From Mantamonas sphyraenae STR306 (taxonomy: Eukaryota > Protista > CRuMs), in NCBI GenBank assembly GCA_026936335.1, contig JAPMXV010000044.1:372001-436000 (forward strand): DNA of 64,000 bases. Direction: 5' to 3'. The notes below the pieces were generated by a model. That model ran no database searches. It saw only the letters and a list, made by a program, of their open reading frames with translations, and was not told the DNA's origin. Shown piece by piece: positions 58,154-64,000 of the stretch. Position numbers and translations under genes: made by a program. Every line of letters begins with the position of its first letter. The stretch's first letter is position 1.

Positions 58154-59609
58154 ATGGACATTCCGGCCTCGTGGACCGCACAGATGCGTGCCCTCATCGA
58201 CCTCCTGCCTGAATCATCCGTCAAGACACTTCTCAGTGACTGTTCCGATGCCCTGCTTGCCCAGTTCGTCGTGGGCCTCCTCGTGCTCTTGTTCCTGGTG
58301 CTCCTTCTCGCCTTTGCTCGCCAGTCCAGCACTGCCAAACGCGAAAGCAGAGTCTGTACGTCTGCATGCCTTCACCCATTGTCACACGCCCGCGCGCGCA
58401 CACACACACATCAACCCCCGCCTTTCTCTTCTGCACACCCCTCATCGCTGTCCACACATACACAAACTTCGGGATGATCAGCCCGCCAAACGCGATTTCC
58501 TTGGATTCCCACGTACGCTCACACACACACACGCACACACCGGCACGTTTCCGCCACGTATGCATTGCATCCGTTTTGTCATCGTGTTTCCCTCAGTCAC
58601 CGTCGACTCCCTGTACAACTATCCCATCAAGTCGTGCGGTGTGGAGCCAATCAATTTTCGCGACCCCCTCTTTGGCCGCCTGCAGCTCAACTCGAGAGGC
58701 GCCGTCAACGACCGCCGGTGGATGATTGTCGAACCCGATGGACGCTTCATTACCCAGCGCCAGCACCCGGCCATGGTGCGCATCGAGCCGCGCGTCAAGA
58801 CCTCCAAGCGCGGCGACAACCTCAGCTTCGACACACTCACTCTCAGTGCTCCGGGCATGGATGCCATTCTTGTTGTGCCCAAGGATGAAAACTCACCCAA
58901 CACCGTTATCCGCAAAGTCGAGGTGTGGAATTCCGTTCTCGACGCCGTCGACGAGGGCGATGACGTTGCACACTGGCTCTCTCGATACCTCGACCTCGAC
59001 GTTCGTCTCGTCCGCGTCGCTGCAGACATGGAAATCAGCAAGCGCGAACTCGACTACACGCCCGAGCACCAGGACGCATCTGCCTCGCCACGCAACGCCG
59101 TCCAGCCGCTCAGCTTTGTCGACTCCTGCTCCCTCCTCCTCATTTCCCAGGCCTCCCTCAACGACCTCAACGCACGTCTCGCCTCACGTGTCTCCTTTCT
59201 CAACTTCCGTCCCAACATTATCATCACCGGATGCGACGCCTACGAGGAGGACTCTTTTGCCAAGATCCAAATTGGCCGCTTTGTCTTTGACGTTGTATGC
59301 CGCAAGACACGCTGTCTCCTCACCACTGTCAACCCGCAAACTGGTGTCAAGAGCTCCGACCGTGAGCCTTTCTCCACACTCTGCTCATACCGCCGCTTTG
59401 ACGGCGCCAGCCGTCCCTCCTTTGGCATCGAACTTTGTCTCGTCGGCATGGTCGAGGACGAACCCGTTGCTGAAGACGACGGCGCATCTTCCGATTCATC
59501 TGCCGCCACTGCCTCCTCGGCCACCGTTCACAATGGGGAAACCATTCTGGGCGCCATCCGTGCAGGCAGCGCCGTCAAGATTCTCGCTCGCAGCTCTCGC
59601 GCCTCGTGA
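58154..59609 (+). CDS. mARC-like MOSC-domain molybdoprotein with N-terminal TM anchor
   Basis: Exons 58154-58355 and 58597-59609. YPIKSC, DRRWMIV, FITQRQHP, NFRPNIII.GC.AYEED, RCLLTTVNP.TG. Confidence 0.88.
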
Positions 59610-59714
59610 GGCGCACACACAAAGTGGGGAGTCGCAATGATGAATGAATCGAAAGCATGCCCAGTTCATTTTTCTTTCTGGTCGCTCGGTTGAGATGAAT
59701 GAGGATGTTAATGG

Positions 59715-62700
59715 TTACTCCGCCTTCTCGGCACCCTCGTCCTTCTTGGTCGCCTCTCCCTCGCCGGCCTTCTCCACAGCGGCCACAGGCTCCGGAGCAC
59801 TCACTCCCTTCTTGTTGCGCAGGTCCAGCACACGCACCTCTTCCAGCGTCATCATCGCGCTCTTGGTGCGTTCCAACTTGCTCCAGCCCGAACCGGATCC
59901 CGGCGTTTGCCACTGCATGCCAGCGCCAATAAAGTTGGTGCGGTACTGCTGCTGGCCCGACAGGCGCTGCGCAAGCCACTTCTCCACCCAGTTCCACTCC
60001 TCGCGGTGGTCTTCCAGCCACGCGTTGCACACAGGCACGTCCTGGAACAGCTTCACGCTGTACTTGATGATGTTGTAGCAGAACTTGGACTTCTTCTCCC
60101 GAGCCTCCTCCAGCATCTTCATGCATCCGCTTTCGCGGTTGAACAGCATCTCCACGCGCTCCACCTGCATCGAGTCCTCAATCGACACAATCTCCTTCAC
60201 CACGGCAAAGTGGTTCTTCAGCGACGAGAACGCCGCGCCTGCAATCACCTTGAGCATCTGTTCGACCACAAGCAGCGACATGTTCCTGTCCTCCCACGAG
60301 CAGTGTGCCAGCAGATTGCTGAACGAGTTGCTAGGCAGGTTGGCGTCGCTGATCAGCTTCACCAGGAACGGCGAGTCAAACACCATCGTGCTCTCCTCCT
60401 TTGTCATGGCGTGCTTCTCTGCACCGCTCAGCGCAAACGGAGACGACGACGACGCGTTCGTGACTTCCTCACCATCCTCGCCCAGCTTGTACTGCGTGCA
60501 TCCGCACACCAACGTCGCAACCGTGCTCACCAGGAAACCAAACTGCGGTTTGCGTGCCTTGTCGCCCATCTTGGGACGCTTCTGCTCCTCGTTCCACAGC
60601 GGCGAGTCCTCCTGCAGGTAAAAGTCGACCAGGCGCACAATGAGGTCCTTGCTGCGCAGAAACTCCCGCTCGGGCTCGCCCACCTGGGCCACCTTCTCCA
60701 GCAGCTGGAAGTACTGCGAGAAGCGGCGCCACGAGTGGTGAATAAACTCCAGCGAGAACAGGTAGCGCTCAAGGAACGCAAGAACCACCGAGCGCGAGCG
60801 CGTCAGCGTGCGCGTCTTGGCCACCTTGCGCGTCTTCTTCTCGCCGTCCTCCTCGTACTCCTCCTCCTCTTCGTACTCGTCCTCGTACTCCTCCGTCTCG
60901 CCGTACAGCTGACGCTCGGCAGGGATGATGTACGTCATCACGTGCACAATCAGGTCCACCAGGTTGAAGCGCACCGCGTGCGAGTCACAGCTCAGCAGCA
61001 CGTCCGACACAAGCTCAAAGTTGTCTCGCAGCGACGTGATCAGCCAGCGGCACGCAGGCAGGTGGTTCTTCAGGTGGCCCAGCAGCAGCTGCACCCACTC
61101 CGGAAGGCGGTCGCGCTTCTTGGAGCGCATCAGCGTGCGCAGCAGGAACACCACGCCAAGCTGCAGCGTAGCCATCACCTGGTCATCGTCACCCACCTCG
61201 GCGTCCACGTCCAGCACAGGCTCAAACTTGAGTGAGCGCACAACATTCTCCACAAACGCAAAGTACGCCGGGTCAAAGATGTGCTGATCCAGCGCAAACT
61301 TTTCGTTCTCGCTCCACACGTCGCGCAGGATGTGCTCCGGCACGCTCGCCTTTCCGCTCATGTATCGCGCTCGTGCGGCCGCCACCTCGGCGCTCTCTTG
61401 AGCCACCTCGGCCACCGCACCGCCCGAGCTTGCGCCCGCACCGGCGTCTGCCGCCTCGTTCTGCTCCACCAGCTCGTTCATCTTCTCCAACAGGCCCTCG
61501 CCTCCCTCCTGGCCAGCTGTGGCCTCGGCTGCCTTTGCTGCGGCAGCCGCTGCCTCCGCCAGCACAACGGGGTCGTTGGCCGGGTTGTAGTTCTCGCGCT
61601 GGTAGAACAGCATGTAGGCGCTGTACATGCGCGACATGTTGCGGCGGTAGCCGTCGCCGCTGCTTCCACCAAACGCTTCCGCAGGGATGTTCTTCGGGTC
61701 GAACGGCGTCACCTTGGCGTCGTTGAACTCGAACCAACGCGGCTCCTGGCCCTCGGGCACATCGGCGCCACGCTCGCGGATGTACGAGTAGTAGTGACCC
61801 GCCTCGGCTGTGCCGCTGTGGATCAGAATACCCGTCAGCTTGTACTCGTAGTACTCCTGCGGGTGCTGCGGTCCCTCGACCTCCTCTTCCGCCTCCTCTT
61901 CATCTTCTTCCTCTCCGCCCAAGACGCCAGCCACGCCCTCGTCGTCCAGAGACGACGAGGCGCCGCTCGCCTCCAGGCCGTCCTCCTCGCCTGCGCCAGA
62001 CGCAGACGCAGACGCAGAGCCGGACGCAGAGCCGGACGCAGAGCCGGACGCAGACGCGGCAGCTGCGTCGCCCTCACCAGCCGCTGCAGACGCAGCTGCC
62101 TTCTTCTTGGCTGCCTTGGCTGCGGCGCGTTCGCGTCGCGCGATGCCTTCGCGTGTGTACGGCTCCATGTTCAGCACTTCGTCCACGGGGAACTCGCAGT
62201 AGTCGTCCACTTTGACGCGCATGAACGTGTCAAAGTCAAACGTGAAGCGCTTGAGATGCAGAATCAGGATGTTCGGAAGCGTGCCCACACACGAACGCTT
62301 CAGCACGTCGATCTTCTTGTCGCATTCCTCCCAGTAGTACGCGTTGTCGCCCTCAAGCATGTCACCTTCGATAAACAGGTCCAGTGCCTCGTGGATGTTC
62401 TTCTTGTCCTTCACCTCCAGGCCGATGTTCAGGAACTTCTCGTCGCGCTCCTTCTTCAGGTTGTACTCCGGGTTCATGGAAATCAGCTGGTTGGTCATCT
62501 GGCCGCCAAACAGGTCGTCCAGCAGGTGAGCGTGCGGCGTGTCCTTAAGATTGGTCTCGATCTGGTCAAACAGCGTGCGCAGGAACTCGTCCACGTCCTG
62601 CTGCACCACGGGGTTCAGCGGCACGCCGTCCCAGTCCTTGAACGTCTGCTGGTACTCACGCGGCGTGGTGAACGCCTTGTCGCTCTCCAACAGCTGGCCA

Positions 62701-63863
62701 AACAGCTTCTGCATCTGGAAGGCCACCGAGTCTTGCGGCAGACCCGACACGTCGGCGTCCAGCAGGCCCGTGCGCATTTCGGGCGTCATGAACATCTGCT
62801 GCGTCAGCGAGTTCATGTAACAGGTTGCACCCATGTTGCGCAAGCCCACAAAGTCCGTCATGCTCTTTTCGTAGCCGTGCGGCTGGTAGTCCCAAGGCCA
62901 GCTCAGGTCCTTCACCTGCTCCTCGTTCAGCTTTGCATTGAAGCGGAACGACTTGCTGTAATGGTTCTGGATCAGAGAACGCGTCAACTGCTTGCTGGCT
63001 TGCTGGTTCTTGGCCACAATCACGCTGAGCAGGGCAAACGCGGCGCGGCGTGCGCGCGGCGTCTTGCACTTGGGCGGCGCAAGGTCGCCGTGGTTCTCGA
63101 GTGTCGGGATGGCAAACAGGGCGTCCGAGTAGACGTGGTCCACCAACTCGTCGCTGGCAGACGCGGCCACGGCCGAGTCGCTGGACGCAAGCGTCATGGC
63201 CAGCGTCAGGTAGCCAATCAGCACGCGGTCTTCCTTTGTGTTCTTGCGAGCCTCGCGCACGGGCGCCGCAATGATCTTCTCCGACAACTGGTTGAACACC
63301 TTGATGGCTCCCTCCGAGTCGTTGCCTCCCTCGTGGTGTACCATGAGCAGGCGGCCGAGCAGAGAAAAGTACTCGTCGCACACGTCGGCGTACTCGTTGA
63401 TGTCGTCCAGGCGGCTGAGCAGCAGCGGGTAGATCGAGTCCAGCAGCTTTCGGTCCTTGACCAGCGAGCACAGGCTGTACAGGCCGTCCGCGCCACGTCG
63501 GCGGATGTGACGGTCCTCGTTCTCCAGCAGGATGCGCTGCACTGTGCTTTCCAGATCCTCAAAGTTGGCCACGGCGTCGACCAGCTGCGGTTGGAACACC
63601 AGCGACGGTGCAGCCAGTCCCAGCACGTCGCGCAGGATGCTGTCCTGCGTGATGTTTGTCTCGTGGTCCTCCTTCACAAACTCGCTCTGCACGCGCTCGA
63701 TCACCAGACCGTTCTCGGCCACGACGCGCATCAATGCAAGCAGGGTGTGCACCAGCTTGGTAAAGTCCACGCATTCCAGGATCGACTCGCGCGACGTCAC
63801 GCTCAGCTGGCGCACAAGGAAGCGCGCTGCTCCCTCCTTGGCAGACTCCTTGGCGGCCTTGTC

Positions 63864-63894
<31 letters not shown>

Positions 63895-64000
63895 GACGAC
63901 GACGACGCGTTGTCTTCTGCAGCCAGTGCAGCGGCAGCCACGGCCATGGTGTCGCCCATCATGAGCAAGTTGGCCAGTTCCGTGTCGCTCATGACCGAGG
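59715..64000 (-). CDS. Large USP deubiquitinase, USP9X/USP24(/34) family; 5' end outside window
   Basis: Cys box FVGLRNMGATCYMNS, QQDVDEF, LHLKRF, His box HSGTAEAGHYYSYI, WFEFND, AYMLFY; PKCKT..AR.AAF motif; C-terminal LERTKSA..TL. Confidence 0.9.

Noticed and set aside
61998-62057. 12-nt tandem repeat (GCAGAGCCGGAC) and the many poly-Ser/Glu/Asp tracts
   Set aside because: Ordinary slippage-derived low-complexity coding inserts found throughout the window.

Overview
Gene-dense, GC-rich nuclear DNA from a flagellated eukaryote, probably a unicellular protist. It is not prokaryotic: there are short GT-AG introns with RCTRAC/ACTCAC branch points, biased to gene 5' ends, and (CA/TG)n microsatellites. 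I reconstructed about 25 protein genes by hand: two copies of a DASH/Dam1 subunit Ask1-like gene flanking a head-to-head pair of Patched/NPC1-type RND membrane proteins, an F-box/LRR protein, an FxPxI-repeat coiled-coil protein, a 78-aa microprotein, WDR78/DNAI4, a 4-TM protein, Faf1-like, an AMPK/MARK-related kinase, a conserved unknown protein, an RGS protein, PACS, JMJD5/KDM8, a second 4-TM protein, a giant Dispatched-like protein, CPSF1, MTAP, NRDE2, RTF1, ACAD8, mARC/MOSC and a 5'-truncated USP9X/24-like DUB. Best leads: (1) a Dispatched-like transporter whose second extracellular loop carries about 30 Cys-rich repeats in two arms (16+14) around a SEA-like module with a G-SVIV autoproteolysis motif; (2) a divergent Patched-like pair in which one partner keeps and the other has lost the acidic TM4/TM10 transport motifs, sitting between direct Ask1 repeats; (3) an apparent single-nucleotide exon at 35720; (4) an ATGA stop/start overlap between NRDE2 and MTAP; (5) five frameshifts confined to the first 12 kb. 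All family calls come from motif recognition by eye; no searches were run.
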